Below, piece by piece: positions 1 through 12,420 of a DNA stretch of 44,349 nucleotides. The translations under genes were made by a program, and so were the position numbers. Position 1 is the first letter of the stretch. Every line of letters starts with the position of its first letter. Source of the DNA: Phoronis australis (Eukaryota > Animalia > Phoronida); NCBI GenBank assembly GCA_002633005.1, contig NMRA01000100.1:425789-470137 (forward strand). Reading direction: 5' to 3'. Below the pieces are notes generated by a model that ran no database searches, had not been told where the DNA came from, and worked only from the letters and a program-made list of their open reading frames with translations.

Positions 1-1409
1 TGTATTTTGTAATCTACAAGACTTCATTTTATTAAACTTCTCCAAAATACACTTTAACTACTTGTTTTACTTGCGGTAACCCCTCCTGCCACAAGTGGAC
101 TGACCCTGTACACATTAGCTGGGAAATTTATTGACCCAGTTGCAGCAACCCAACATGAATATCACTCATTTTTGGCTGAGATTACATGATAAGGTCTATA
201 TTTTTTTCTAATTTTTATTACTTTTATTTGTTTATGTTGTTGTGCATACTAATAAGTCTGAAATGTAGCATTCAACTGCAGGTTGCTATTGAAATTTTAA
301 AGACACTGTCGGCACTTTTCGTCGGCCATTTTCCTTGACTTTTGAAAGGTCTAAATTTTCGCTTTCCCCGAATAGAATTGGCGATAACTCGGTCATTTGT
401 GAAGATAAGGACATGTTTCATACCTGAAAATGATCAGAAAACACTGCGTTTTCAGAAATAAATAACAATTAAAAAATCACAAATCCCGACTTAAGACTCA
501 TTTTGTGGTGGTGGGTCACATATGTCCCCTAGCATGCGCAGTGTGAAAATGGCGAGTTACAGATTTTGGGAACTGAACGAGGGACTGCTCAAAGAAAAAG
601 TTTGATAACGTTCGGGAGTATTTGTTCCAGTTGGAAGGAATGTACATATACATCGACGGCCTCCCTTTATTCGCAAAAGGTATTCACTAATTGACTATTG
701 TCTACCCTGGCCTTGCCTGGCCTTGTGCCCTCGTTTGATTTGCACCGTCAAAATAAGCAAAACAAAATCTTACCTCAACAGTACCTGCAGACCCACGTGA
801 ACTGATTTACGTGGGGTTCTCTATACGTGAGTATCTTCAAAGCATCTAAAGATACGTTTTAGGTATGAAATGCGATGTTTTGTTTTGGTTTTCGCCACTT
901 CATTTTCAAGATGGAGTGTTTTCCAGGGAGTCATGTGACGTGCTACATTGTAGTCGTGAATAATGAAAAGTAACAATTCACCATTACCCTTAGTTTTGAT
1001 TGGTGTATTTATACATTACAAAATAATGATTTCAAAATTACATTAATTTTATTTGTTCGAAATATTTGAGACATGCTGGTACAAATATATTTAAGTTTTC
1101 TTTGGGCCAATTTTACTTTTCTCTCGACGCAGTTTGATGTTCCTTTCTTGGAGATCGCTGAGAAAGTTCGCACAACTAGTGTCATCTATTGAGAACTTTA
1201 GAAACCGTTCAAACTGCAAGCCTGCCGTCCTGGACTGCCTACACCTCAGTACTGAATGCTATTTACACATACGCATAGAGGTAAGGCCTAAAAGCTTATG
1301 TGCCAAATCGTGTGCCTAATCAAAAAGACCATAAAGTTAGGAGATGATGGCAGCCATAGAGCTGGGGAAGCTGTTGGAGGATGATCTCCATGATGTACTA
1401 TCAATTGCA

Positions 1410-1490
1410 AAAGAAATTGTATAAGAATTGCATAAGAGATTGTTGTAGAAGAATTGCATAAGAGTTGCATAAGAAATTTGTTGTATAAGA
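1410..1490. repeat. short degenerate tandem repeat (AAGAATTGCATA-like unit)
   Basis: Several imperfect copies of 'aagaattgcata/aagagttgcata/ttgtataaga' in about 80 bp. Confidence 0.6.
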
Positions 1491-2299
1491 AAAAATTAGT
1501 TGAATCCTCTAGACTTGGAATGCGGTTTGCTGTATTTTTGCCTAATATGGACATGCTACTTTTGTATATATATATCGCTGATGCGATCATAGAATAAAAC
1601 ATTCTGTTAGATAGTTTCTTTTACAGAAACATGGTGTTCTTTTATTAACGGGCATACCATACTGACCATCAAGTCCACTGCGTGCGCAATGTCTCACTAA
1701 TCATCAACAGCCGAAGCGGGGAAGGGTGACTCACTCGAGGCGGGGAACAAGAATCTTTATTTAGCGTACCGGTAGTTCGAAGAACAGATTCACACTAGCC
1801 AAGTGGGCTATTTCTACGACATTTAATTTAACAGAACATAAAAAATGGAACTTAAGCTAAAGGTGGAGAATAACACAGAGATATAAGTGTAAATAAAAGT
1901 TAAGTTGTAATCGCTAAACTATAGACTATATAGGTTCTAGGTACACGTGCAAATGCTATAATCTAGATAAATCGTAAAAGAAACGATGGTATATACTAAT
2001 TACAGCATAGCCTGGAGTGTTTACAAAGAGAACAGCTGCATTCGGGGCCGGTCCAGGTCCGAATCTGGTACGCTACTGTAACGAGTTGAAATGTTGATTG
2101 TGAACCCCTGTCAAGCCTCCTGGTCCCCTAAGAGATGTGAAAGGAAAATTAGCGATGACCAGTTTCATTGATGAGTTCACGGCGTGAGGACCACGTGTAC
2201 GGTCGTCAATTATTGCCAGCAAAAGTAGTCTACTGAGTTATTTTCGACGGTTAATCTAGATGAAAAACGCCCAGGGTTGTTTCAACGTTCAGAAAAACG

Positions 2300-2900
2300 A
2301 CATGGAATCGTAGAACGACCTGAGGTACTTGTCCAAATAGCCGGGGCCCATCTCGCCTGAAGCCAATGTGTTATTCAATGCGTGTAATTAAAAGTAATAC
2401 CAGGAAGACATTACCCGAGGACTAAAGAACAGTTGATTTGGTGCATTTTTAACGTGTTCATGAACAGGCGAGAACGAATCGACTCATCTGGCACAATGCA
2501 CGGGTGATTTGTTAAAACCACAACTATGTAGAGTACGGGTGAAGACTTCGACCCTTAGAAGGCTCTTCAACGTACAACGCAACACCAATTCGGCCCCTGT
2601 TGAGATTTCATATACAAGTAGGCGGCGATGGGCCGGTGCCGTGTTGAACATCGGGCATGTTGTTGTTTGCCCCTATTGACAAAAGATGACATTTCTCAGA
2701 CCTACGTTCTGGCCCGCATGAACTAACCATTATCGAGGCTAGCACAAACCCGACTCGACTTCAACAAACTTCTCTCCTTCCTATCGTCGCCACCGTGATC
2801 TTGCACCTGCCCGTTCTCGGCTTCGTCCGCATATCGCCAAATTTGCATCAACCCCACGCCTGTCACAGTGGGGTTCCAGCCGGTGCTGGCAGCCATTTGA
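2300..2900 (-). pseudogene. possible highly decayed SGNH-hydrolase-like ORF (retroelement cargo type)
   Basis: Joining frames gives NVIFCQ/IGANN (cf. SGNH block III GxND) and GYLDKYLRS downstream. It needs frameshifts and has stops, so support is weak. Confidence 0.2.
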
Positions 2901-3726
2901 AATTCAAACCGTGTTTCAACAAGGTTTGCGGAGAGTGAGAATGGGCTTAAGGACCAGTGCAGAAGGGGAACTGGGGCTGCTTCAGTGAGCCAAAAAAAGA
3001 CATTATGAAAATAACAATTGTTGAAACACGGGAGCCGTCCAGTTTCTCGGCTGATGGTTGTTGACAAATAAGTACAATGCGGCAGAGTCGTGACCCAATC
3101 CACACTTCCCAAACTTCAGTATAACGACGGGAGTTGAAATTCAGTTCTGTGGATCGGATTCTATGCCCGGGGGTCTAAGTATGGTTACAGCCTGTTCTGA
3201 AAGTGGGTGCGTCAGCCATCACGTGCTCTGTATGCACGGGAATGCCAAACACAAGCATGCGCCCAAAATTTAAACAAAAAATCTTTGCGCAATACTACTC
3301 AAAACTATAAGCATATCAAGGAAGTGAAAAGACAATTGTTCTTCACAAGTGTGGCAATTATTTGAAGATATATTTCCTTTCTGATCTCCAATTGGAGAAC
3401 TTTTTCCTAAGTTCATAAACAATTCCCCAAGATATTTTCCGAATTCATGCGTCAGTGTTGTCGTGTATTTTGATTCATTCCGGGGGTAGCTCTTGTGGTT
3501 TATAAGTTAACCTTGAACTCCAAAAATTGCTGATTCTTTGTGTATGATTGCCAGTACACTATGTAACTGTACTTAAGTACCTTTATAAATAGTTAATTGA
3601 CTAATATCATATAAACGTGAAGGGGGGTGTGATTACGTGACACATTCTCACGCGCGGACGGAGACGCACATGCACACAACACACGCTCACTTATTTATGT
3701 ATGATTATAATTATTGAAGTACACAA

Positions 3727-3814
3727 TTCGGTCTCGGTCGATAGGCGGAATAATGTCTCGTGGGATATTACTTCATGTACCGGTACGCCACTCTCGGTAC
3801 GTTTTGTGTATGTA
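3727..3814 (+). repeat. half copy (loop + right arm) of the palindromic element at 34464-34642
   Basis: ttcggtctcggtcgataggcggaataatgtctcgtgggatattacttcatgtac...ctctcggtacgttttgtgtatgta matches 34551-34632 closely. Confidence 0.85.
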
Positions 3815-6800
3815 TTCTGCGATGCACCCGGCCGTGTCAATATCTGAATACATAATAGATATGCACAGAGCTTTGAATGCCTTAATCAGTTGGACACTGT
3901 AGGCCTACTCTGTACATGTACACCAACAGAGTGTTCGACATCTGCGAGTTTTTTACAAACAACTCTTAGTAATGACCTTCAAAAGAATTAATATTATGAC
4001 ACTATATGGGAATAGTATCGACATGTTATCGTTCTAATACCATAGTAAGTCTTCCTTTTCACAAATAGCGGTCTTCACGTTCCTCAAACTTCTATCATTT
4101 TATGGCGGTCTGTTATGAGTGTTGTATTTTTAAATACAACAATTTTCGGTTGTTTGGGCCAAATATCTTGGTACTGCTGCGCTGGGCAAGAATTTATTCT
4201 GTCTTTTTGTGACGGATTCAGAATACTTGACGGAACCGGATTTAAAAAGGGCCGCGTATCAAAGGTTACCCCTTAACATGAAACGCTAAATATCACTAAA
4301 AATTGAAAGAGTGACAGTCAATTTCAGCATTGTGTGACCCTGCAAGAAGGGTCCAAAATAAATGTAGTACGATTTCATGAAAACAGGGAAATAGAGGCAG
4401 TCGATTCCTACATTGGTACCTCTCTCCGCAAAAGTTATCAATACACGAAAAGGGAGGATGCTCGGATGCCATCAATGCCCCCTTCCCTTCAAGAGTTGGA
4501 CCCATCAATAAGAAAGGATCTATAATCCCAATAAGCAGGAAATGAGCAGCAATTGATGCTATCTGCCAAGGTTCTTAATTTTCATTAAGTGATATACAAT
4601 TTCGAGAAAAAAAGACCGACAGATGACTCCATCATCCCTTGCCAGAGAGGGCTCATGGAGAGAATTTTGCATTCGCAAAATTGTCTTCTTGAATCTAAAA
4701 ATCTAGTGAATTAATATCCTTTGCAAAAGATGTGCTCTATATATTTTCTCGATTTTTTCAAAATTCATGTATGTATGACTAAGTGCACGTTTTCAAGTGC
4801 GTTTGAATTACATATGCTGCAAAAATGGGACACCCTAAGAACAATGTCCCCGCAGAGCCTTCAAAGGGTAAATCATGAGCTGGTAAACAACAAATGTTCT
4901 TTTGAATGTTTCTTTTCTTAACTGCCCCCGGCACTGCGCCTATGCCGTTTGCCACGGTTTAATCCTAACCCTGCAAATTACTGTGGGCACGTGCACCGCG
5001 GCCTCCATTTTCCTACGGTCCTGCCACTAGATGCCACTGAAGTGTGTAAAATATAACGTCATAAATTGTGGTTCTCTTGGGTTATTTCTTTGTACTCAGC
5101 TGTGACCCACCGATAATGAACTTTATTCATTGCAGTTGCACCAAAGTGTCGGGGACAGAAACATAACATTTTATCAGCAATAACCATTCAGAGGGCATAA
5201 ATTGTTTTATACTGTCACTATATTTTATGATTCTACTTTGTGAAAAACAGTAGAATAAAACATTAGAATAATGAACTGCAGGGGGAGTTAGAAGATTAGT
5301 TCACGTTGAGGATACATTGTACCTAAGACGGGCCTCGACACACCGACTGGTTTATGGATGGGGGATCGGGAGTAGGATGTAGGTGGGGGCACTAAAGCGA
5401 TCAATGAAATTTGGAATTTCATATCGCACTGTACAGTCAATGTCCTCAGTGTGACGAGTCTACCGCACGTGAAGCTAGATGGCGACCAAAGTAAGCGGTA
5501 GAGCCACGGGGGATCGATGGGGGACATCATGTAACCTAGCTGGCCCGGGACAGGCCCAAAACCTGAAGAGCAGTGAAAATGCAGAAGTGTTCGGAGCAAA
5601 ACTGGTGCCAAGCGAGGAATCTGCAGCCTTCCACTGAAGTAAATCTTTACATTTTGAAGAGTTTTTCGTCACTAAACCGCCGGACGGTGGCACTAGTTGG
5701 CCAGAGCGCGCGTGCAAACTGGATGGTCACGTACCTAGCCTACACGTAGTGTAGCGTTTAGTCATATACGTGGACCAACCGTTCACAGTGGACGAGCTGT
5801 GCGTGAACTTGGAATCTTGCTTAATCTCAAGATCGGGTATGCGTGAACTTGGAATACACGAAGATATTGCACGTTAGATAAACAAAAAATACAAACAAAA
5901 TTGCATGGAGTGAACCATATAAGTGCACTAGATCGGCATAACCAAAATTTCCAACAAAAATTGTGAAATTTCAAGGACTAGGATTTTGAGATAAGCTGTG
6001 CATGTCAAAGGCGGAATCACTGCTAAGACGAGACACATGCAGGCCTAGTTTAATACTTTTCGCCCGCAGGGGTGGGGATATCTCGTGCATACAGCAACGC
6101 TAGCTGGTACTGACTGTGCCGCTCAGTTGGCTGTTTGTTACATGTACTTTCCTCAGTTGCACGTCTGGCCCCTAGGACTCATATTTGGTCATTCTGAATC
6201 GTACACGTACAGTTTGGCCACGTTCCGTGTATGGGACATTTTTGAGACGCGAAAGGACTGTAATTTGGGGATTGAGTCTGTGGATTCGTATTGGTGTTCG
6301 GTGCCCACTGTATGGGGTGGATCTGTTTCTACCACGTGGGTAGTGCAGCTATCAAGTCTTAGAGAAGTCACTCGGTCAACGAAATTGTTGTGCTACTCAG
6401 TGTGACCAGAGCTTTAAGGTGACACAGTCGGAAAGAAATAAAGGTGCATTTTAGATCTCCTCCTAGCCTCGCATACAGTCCCAGTTAGCATTAGATTAAG
6501 TTGAATATCTCTGACATTTTGGTTCTTTATTGGTCAATGAAGGACGTGGACCTCTTTGGCCTTGTGTTTGGAACGGCGTGTCCATTGAAAATGAAGGCGT
6601 GATTCAAATACTGTACATGTATCACGAGACTGTCGAAAAGTTATTCAGAGTTTCTGAAATTCGGGTCAGTTTCTTGACGAAAAGATAACGTTATAGCTAG
6701 GCTTGGTACATACTCGATTATAGACATGTCGATCGAAAGAACGTGGGCCAGAGGTGACTTTGACTGAAATAAACAATATCGCTCCAGGTACTGGTGGACC

Positions 6801-7980
6801 TTAGATGTCGTAAGGATCTCAATTTTCAAATGAAAACTCTTCGCGTAGCAACTAAAAACGGCATGCCGGTGACGTTTTTGGCTGTGTACCGGAAGCGGAG
6901 AGGTCCCGGGCTCCCTTAGGCCCCACATGGTGAAGTTGCTGTATAATACTTGCTAGAATTAAACCAGCTATAAACACGTATTCCGCTACTAGAACCAAAT
7001 GTTGATGTAGCTCACCTACCGTTACGAAATTGGTCTCAAATTGTCCGTTATTCAAATTAGGTGTGATCTCGAGGCTTGGAATGAACTGACAGCTCGTTAT
7101 TGGTTGAGAATATATACAAGTTAGCTTGTTATATCGAGCGTTGTCTCGAGTAATAGTTCGCCAGATCAAAATCACTTTTCGCCCGAGTAAGGACGGGATG
7201 CAGGCTTATTACCATTTTTATAATGAAATATTTATTAAAAAGGTTAAATGTAATATCGTGCAGTGATTGTTTGTCGATAGCGTCAATTCCCAAACTAGAA
7301 AACTGCGTATTTTATTTTTATGCAAACAAGTCAATGAGTAACGGACTGGGTAGGTCCTATTGGATAAACAGTTAAAAACTGACTGCCGACCATGGCAACT
7401 ACTATTCTTTTATCATCATGCTCGCAAAAAATTATTAGTCTCCAATTCTTTGTTAATTTTACTGTCACGACTTATCAAGGTTTGGCTGACTGACTAAACT
7501 CCATTACTCAACTGTACGTCAAATGGAACACGGAAGAAACCGATCACATTCTGTTGATTAAAGATCGCTCTTCCAATAAACTAGATTTTTATTTTTCTCA
7601 GAGTCATTGTGCCATTAATTTCGGAAAATAGGCAAAGATTGTTGATTTGCCACTTGACCGTATCTAGTGATATCTTCCTGGTAGTGGCATGGTTCATAAA
7701 TTCAACCACGTCAATTCTGCTTCTGTTTAAACACATTCTTGATACTGAGCAAATAGCTGTTAACTGTTCGGGTCAAGTCTGTGATTTTGAAACGTCATGA
7801 TGTCATGGAATGGAAATCAGGCCACGTCATCTAAAGTAACGATTGGGCTACAGTTGGGAAGGACGTGTTTTCGATCCCGATGTGAGGCCGAGGGACGAGG
7901 TCAGCGCGCGGGATTAGCCCAGAAACAAAAAGGTCAGACAAGAAGTGGGGGAGCTGTGAAAGTAGCGTACACGTCGTTGG

Positions 7981-8750
7981 CAATAAACACCACAGCAACA
8001 AGTCGAGCCAGACACTTCCAGGAGGTGAATCTGTTGCTTTTTACACGAAATTTAGTTTTTTATTTCTTACCTGGAAGTGAATCAAACTGAGGATCTAGAT
8101 GTCAGTCACGAGAAGGGGGATAACCACATTTTTTGAGGGGGACAGTCCTCAACCGAAGTCTACCTTTAGGGAGGCTGACCCCTCCTAAATCCGACTATGC
8201 ATCTTAAAATGCTGTGATGGCAAATTGAATAAAATTTTGATATTTGACCTTCGACACGACAATGACTGTGATTCATTAACGCCATGCCTAAGTTAGAAAA
8301 ACGTCCGTACTTTAAACCACATATCAACCATTGGCCATTTCTCGCCCATTCTTTGCATTTTTGAGTCCCCACTCTTTCTACTCGAAGGACCTATCTTCTC
8401 ATAATGGATTCGTCCTTCCCATTGGCAGACTCAGGTTTACATTAGATGATGACTCCTGGAAATGCTTTCACCGAGAAAAAACGTTGAATGGAAAGCTGGG
8501 AAATTGATCTTATTTGAAACTCTTCAGTGTCACACAATAAAAAGGCCGTCCTTAAACCGTACACAATTATATTTACGCAACCAATAAACATTTTATTATT
8601 GACCACAAACTGTGTACGAAAATCACAACAATTGAACGATTCGTCACGCAGCACTGGGTGTCGTAAACAAGTCCCATTACATATTCGTCTTACAATAAAT
8701 CTTCATTTAATAAGCTAGACGTAAACATGTTATGAGTTACACCCTCACAG
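7981..8750 (+). promoter_or_regulatory. putative non-coding first exon (to 8024) and 5'UTR intron (8025-8750) of the Cys-repeat gene
   Basis: Donor-like GAG|GTGAAT at 8024/8025. Acceptor-like accctcacAG ends at 8750, 64 nt before an ATG in AAACATG context. Confidence 0.3.
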
Positions 8751-8814
8751 GTATTTACGGATGATATCGACCGGTACGTGAACGGCAGCGACAGTTTAGG
8801 TAAATCAGATAAAC

Positions 8815-11800
8815 ATGTTAGGACGTGAGATAGTTTTTCTCCTAATTTGTGTTGTGGTAGTCCCCGGCAATACTTTTGGTTGGACGTTGGCTAACAACAG
8901 AACTACCTTCCTACCTACGGGAGCTACGACCACCAGTGCCAGCTCACCAGGTACCCCATGCGTTTACATGGGAAGGCTCTACAAAGACCAAGAGACGGTG
9001 AATATAGTTTACTGCATTCGAACATTTTGTCAACGAGGTTACATCGCATCAGAGGTAATTTCTGAGAGCACAACTACCTCGAAGGCAATTATCACGTCTA
9101 CTCCTGAAGGAGCTTGTTTTTACGAAGGGCGGCAATATCTTCATCAAGAGACCATACGAATAAAAGACTGTATCCGGACATGGTGTCATCGTGGTTACGT
9201 AACTACAGAAGTAATATCAAGTGATTGTACAACCATACCACAAGGAAGCACCACATCCTCTCCCGAAGGATCTTGTATTTACAAAGGGCGTCAATACCTG
9301 CACCAGGAGACCATCGCAGTAACAGATTGCATCCGAACATGGTGTCATCGAGGTAAGGTTTGGAAAGATGAAATGCCTGGTTGTACAACTACTCCACAAA
9401 TGGCTACCACATCTACTGCAGGCATAGGGTCTTGTATCTACAATGGGCGTCGATATAACCATCTGGAAAGAGCCTCAATAGACCACTGCATCCGAATATG
9501 GTGTCATAAAGGTTACGTTTATGAATATGAAAAGATACCTGGGTGCAAGAGTACTGTACAAATGACTACCACGTCTATCCCTGAAGGATCTTGTATTTAC
9601 AATGGCCGTCGGTACATGCACAGCGATGTAATCAGTGTAAATAATTGTACCCGAACATGGTGTCATCGTGGTCACGTTTTCAAAGATGAAATACCTGGTT
9701 GCACAACAACCCCACAAATGACTACCACATCCGCTCCTGAAGGATCTTGTATGTACAGTGGGCGTCGATATATGCACCAGGAGGTAATTAGTGAAAAGAA
9801 CTGTATCCGAACATGGTGCCACCGAGGTCACGTTCTAAAAGATGAAATACCTGGTTGCACAACAACCCCACAAATGACTACCACATCCGCTCCTGAAGGA
9901 TCCTGTATGTACAATGGGCGTCGATATATGCACCAGGAGGTAATTAGTGAAAAGAACTGTATCCGAATATGGTGCCACCGAGGTCATGTTTTAAAAGATG
10001 AAATACCTGGTTGCACCACTACTTCACAAATGACTACCACATCCCCGCCTGAAGGATCTTGTATCTACAAAGGACGTCGTTATATGCACCAGGAGGTAAT
10101 CACCGAAAAGGACTGTGTACGGACATGGTGCCATCGAGGACACGTTCTAAACGATGAAATACCTGGTTGCACCACTACTTCACAAATGACTACCACATCC
10201 CCTCCTGAAGGATCTTGTATGTACAATGGGCGTCGATATATACACCAGGAGGTAATTAGTGAAAAGAACTGTATCCGAACATGGTGCCACCGAGGTCACG
10301 TTCTAAAAGATGAAATACCTGGTTGCACAACAACCCCACAAATGACTACCACATCCGCTCCTGAAGGATCCTGTATGTACAATGGGCGTCGATATATGCA
10401 CCAGGAGGTAATTAGTGAAAAGAACTGTATCCGAATATGGTGCCACCGAGGTCATGTTTTAAAAGATGAAATACCTGGTTGCACCACTACTTCACAAATG
10501 ACTACCACATCCCCGCCTGAAGGATCTTGTATCTACAAAGGACGTCGTTATATGCACCAGGAGGTAATCACCGAAAAGGACTGTGTACGGACATGGTGCC
10601 ATCGAGGACACGTTCTAAAAGATGAAATACCTGGTTGCACCACTACTTCACAAATGACTACCACATCCCCTCCTGAAGGATCTTGTATGTACAATGGGCG
10701 TCGATATATACACCAGGAGGTAATTAGTGAAAAGAACTGTATCCGAACATGGTGCCACCGAGGTCACGTTCTAAAAGATGAAATACCTGGTTGCACAACA
10801 ACCCCACAAATGACTACCACATCTGCTCCTGAAGGATCCTGTATGTACAATGGGCGTCGTTATGTGCACCAGGAGGTAATTAGTGAAAAGAACTGTATCC
10901 GAACATGGTGCCACAGAGGCCACGTTCTAGAAGATGAAATACCTGGTTGCACCACTACTTCACAAATGACTACCACATCCCCGCCTGAAGGATCTTGTAT
11001 CTACAAAGGACGTCGATATATGCACCACGAGGTAATCAGTGTGAGAAACTGTATCCGAACATGGTGCCACCGAGGTTATATTTCAAAAGATGAAATACCT
11101 GGTTGCACAACTACTCCACAAATGACTACCACATCCCCTCCTGAAGGATCTTGCATGTACAATGGGCGTCGATATATGCACCAGGAGGTAATCACCGAAA
11201 AGGACTGTGTACGGATATGGTGCCATCGAGGACACGTTGTTACAGTGCCGATTCCCGACTGTACAACTACGCTTTTACCTCCGCTATCAAGTACGGCTCG
11301 ACTTGGTTGTTATTTTCAAGGTCAGTGGTACGCCCTAGGCGAGATGATCATAGAGGAAAAATGTTCTTACTTTAAATGTGATTATTCTGGCCACGTTCTT
11401 GTTTACGATAATTTTAACTGTATGGACAGCACAACTGTGACATCATCTACCACTCCTGTAGTAACTAGTCGCGCCAATGGATGCTACGTACATAGAACCT
11501 TCTACCAGGCAGGTGAAACAATTGATATTGCTTGGAGACGGGTGCGCTCTAATATCACTGGGCTTGAAAACAGTAGTCGGTGCTTTGGTGCGTATTGTTC
11601 GTTGAGTGGCAATATTGTACGATGGACACGGTCTTCTTGCGGCAATCGCCCTATCTTCTTATCCCCCCTGCCCTGCTTTTTGAGAGGGCGTGTTTACGCA
11701 CAAGGAGAATTAATCGCAACTGGATGGACTGAGGGTTTTTGCTACCGTTCATTGTGCTCCGCTAACAGCACCATAGAGTATCAGGACTGCGGGTTGCCAC

Positions 11801-12087
11801 CGACAATTGCACCTAAGGGTTGCTGTGTAAATAACTCGTTCTATAATCCCGGGGATGTGGTGTCCATATCCAAGACCGGGGACTGGTGCAACGAAAGGTT
11901 TTGCTCCGAAAACAAGACCGTTGAAACAAGAGAGGTGTTCAACTGCACGGTACAAGATCCCCCGGCAACAAATCATAGTGAGCTAGATTTGAGATACTGC
12001 AGCTCTTCAACAAAACCCGTACTCACATTAAATGTAGCCCTATCTTTCATTTTCGGTTGCCTAGCTTTTTTCCCTTTCAAATCCTAA
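8815..12087 (+). CDS. secreted, probably GPI-anchored mucin-like protein with 19 Cys modules (VWC/Fn1-like) and Thr-rich linkers, 1090 aa
   Basis: Uninterrupted ORF. N-terminal signal peptide (IVFLLICVVVVPGNTFG). Repeated CxYxGxxY...C-x4-C...C modules separated by TTT-rich spacers. C-terminal small residues (CSSS), a spacer and a hydrophobic tail (VLTLNVALSFIFGCLAFFPF) with no cytosolic domain. Confidence 0.92.
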   Translation: MLGREIVFLLICVVVVPGNTFGWTLANNRTTFLPTGATTTSASSPGTPCVYMGRLYKDQETVNIVYCIRTFCQRGYIASEVISESTTTSKAIITSTPEGACFYEGRQYLHQETIRIKDCIRTWCHRGYVTTEVISSDCTTIPQGSTTSSPEGSCIYKGRQYLHQETIAVTDCIRTWCHRGKVWKDEMPGCTTTPQMATTSTAGIGSCIYNGRRYNHLERASIDHCIRIWCHKGYVYEYEKIPGCKSTVQMTTTSIPEGSCIYNGRRYMHSDVISVNNCTRTWCHRGHVFKDEIPGCTTTPQMTTTSAPEGSCMYSGRRYMHQEVISEKNCIRTWCHRGHVLKDEIPGCTTTPQMTTTSAPEGSCMYNGRRYMHQEVISEKNCIRIWCHRGHVLKDEIPGCTTTSQMTTTSPPEGSCIYKGRRYMHQEVITEKDCVRTWCHRGHVLNDEIPGCTTTSQMTTTSPPEGSCMYNGRRYIHQEVISEKNCIRTWCHRGHVLKDEIPGCTTTPQMTTTSAPEGSCMYNGRRYMHQEVISEKNCIRIWCHRGHVLKDEIPGCTTTSQMTTTSPPEGSCIYKGRRYMHQEVITEKDCVRTWCHRGHVLKDEIPGCTTTSQMTTTSPPEGSCMYNGRRYIHQEVISEKNCIRTWCHRGHVLKDEIPGCTTTPQMTTTSAPEGSCMYNGRRYVHQEVISEKNCIRTWCHRGHVLEDEIPGCTTTSQMTTTSPPEGSCIYKGRRYMHHEVISVRNCIRTWCHRGYISKDEIPGCTTTPQMTTTSPPEGSCMYNGRRYMHQEVITEKDCVRIWCHRGHVVTVPIPDCTTTLLPPLSSTARLGCYFQGQWYALGEMIIEEKCSYFKCDYSGHVLVYDNFNCMDSTTVTSSTTPVVTSRANGCYVHRTFYQAGETIDIAWRRVRSNITGLENSSRCFGAYCSLSGNIVRWTRSSCGNRPIFLSPLPCFLRGRVYAQGELIATGWTEGFCYRSLCSANSTIEYQDCGLPPTIAPKGCCVNNSFYNPGDVVSISKTGDWCNERFCSENKTVETREVFNCTVQDPPATNHSELDLRYCSSSTKPVLTLNVALSFIFGCLAFFPFKS
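9592..11263 (+). repeat. coding tandem repeat: 156-bp (52-aa) unit x11 with 468-bp higher-order period
   Basis: First-Cys codons fall at 9592, 9748, 9904, 10060, 10216, 10372, 10528, 10684, 10840, 10996 and 11152. At protein level, module 7=10, 9=12, and 8 and 11 differ by one residue. Confidence 0.97.
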
Positions 12088-12414
12088 TTCCACCCATAGT
12101 AAGAAAATTAACCTTGGATATTTTACTTTAGTTGATTGTTGGAGGTTGTTGCGTACAGATTTTGATAGTTTTACTGCTGGTGTATTTCTTAAAGGTTAGT
12201 TAAGAACCCAGAACAGTAAATATTCCGTGAAGAAGAGCCAGAAAGTTTGGTTCTTTGTTCATCTTAGCAAATTGTTTGAGGTACTGATACTCGATTTGCT
12301 TATGGGATCGCCTCAAATTTATCTGGTTTATTTATGTGATGTTTTGTAAGGATGGCGACTTAGGCATAGTAAATCGTATATGTTGTTCGTCGCGTCTTTA
12401 GAATAATTGCAAAA

Positions 12415-12420
12415 AATAAA
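12415..12420 (+). terminator. candidate polyadenylation signal
   Basis: AATAAA about 330 nt after the stop codon of the 1090-aa gene. Confidence 0.4.

Noticed and set aside
9592-11263. CRISPR-like array
   Set aside because: These are in-frame coding repeats with no unique spacers, in a eukaryotic context.
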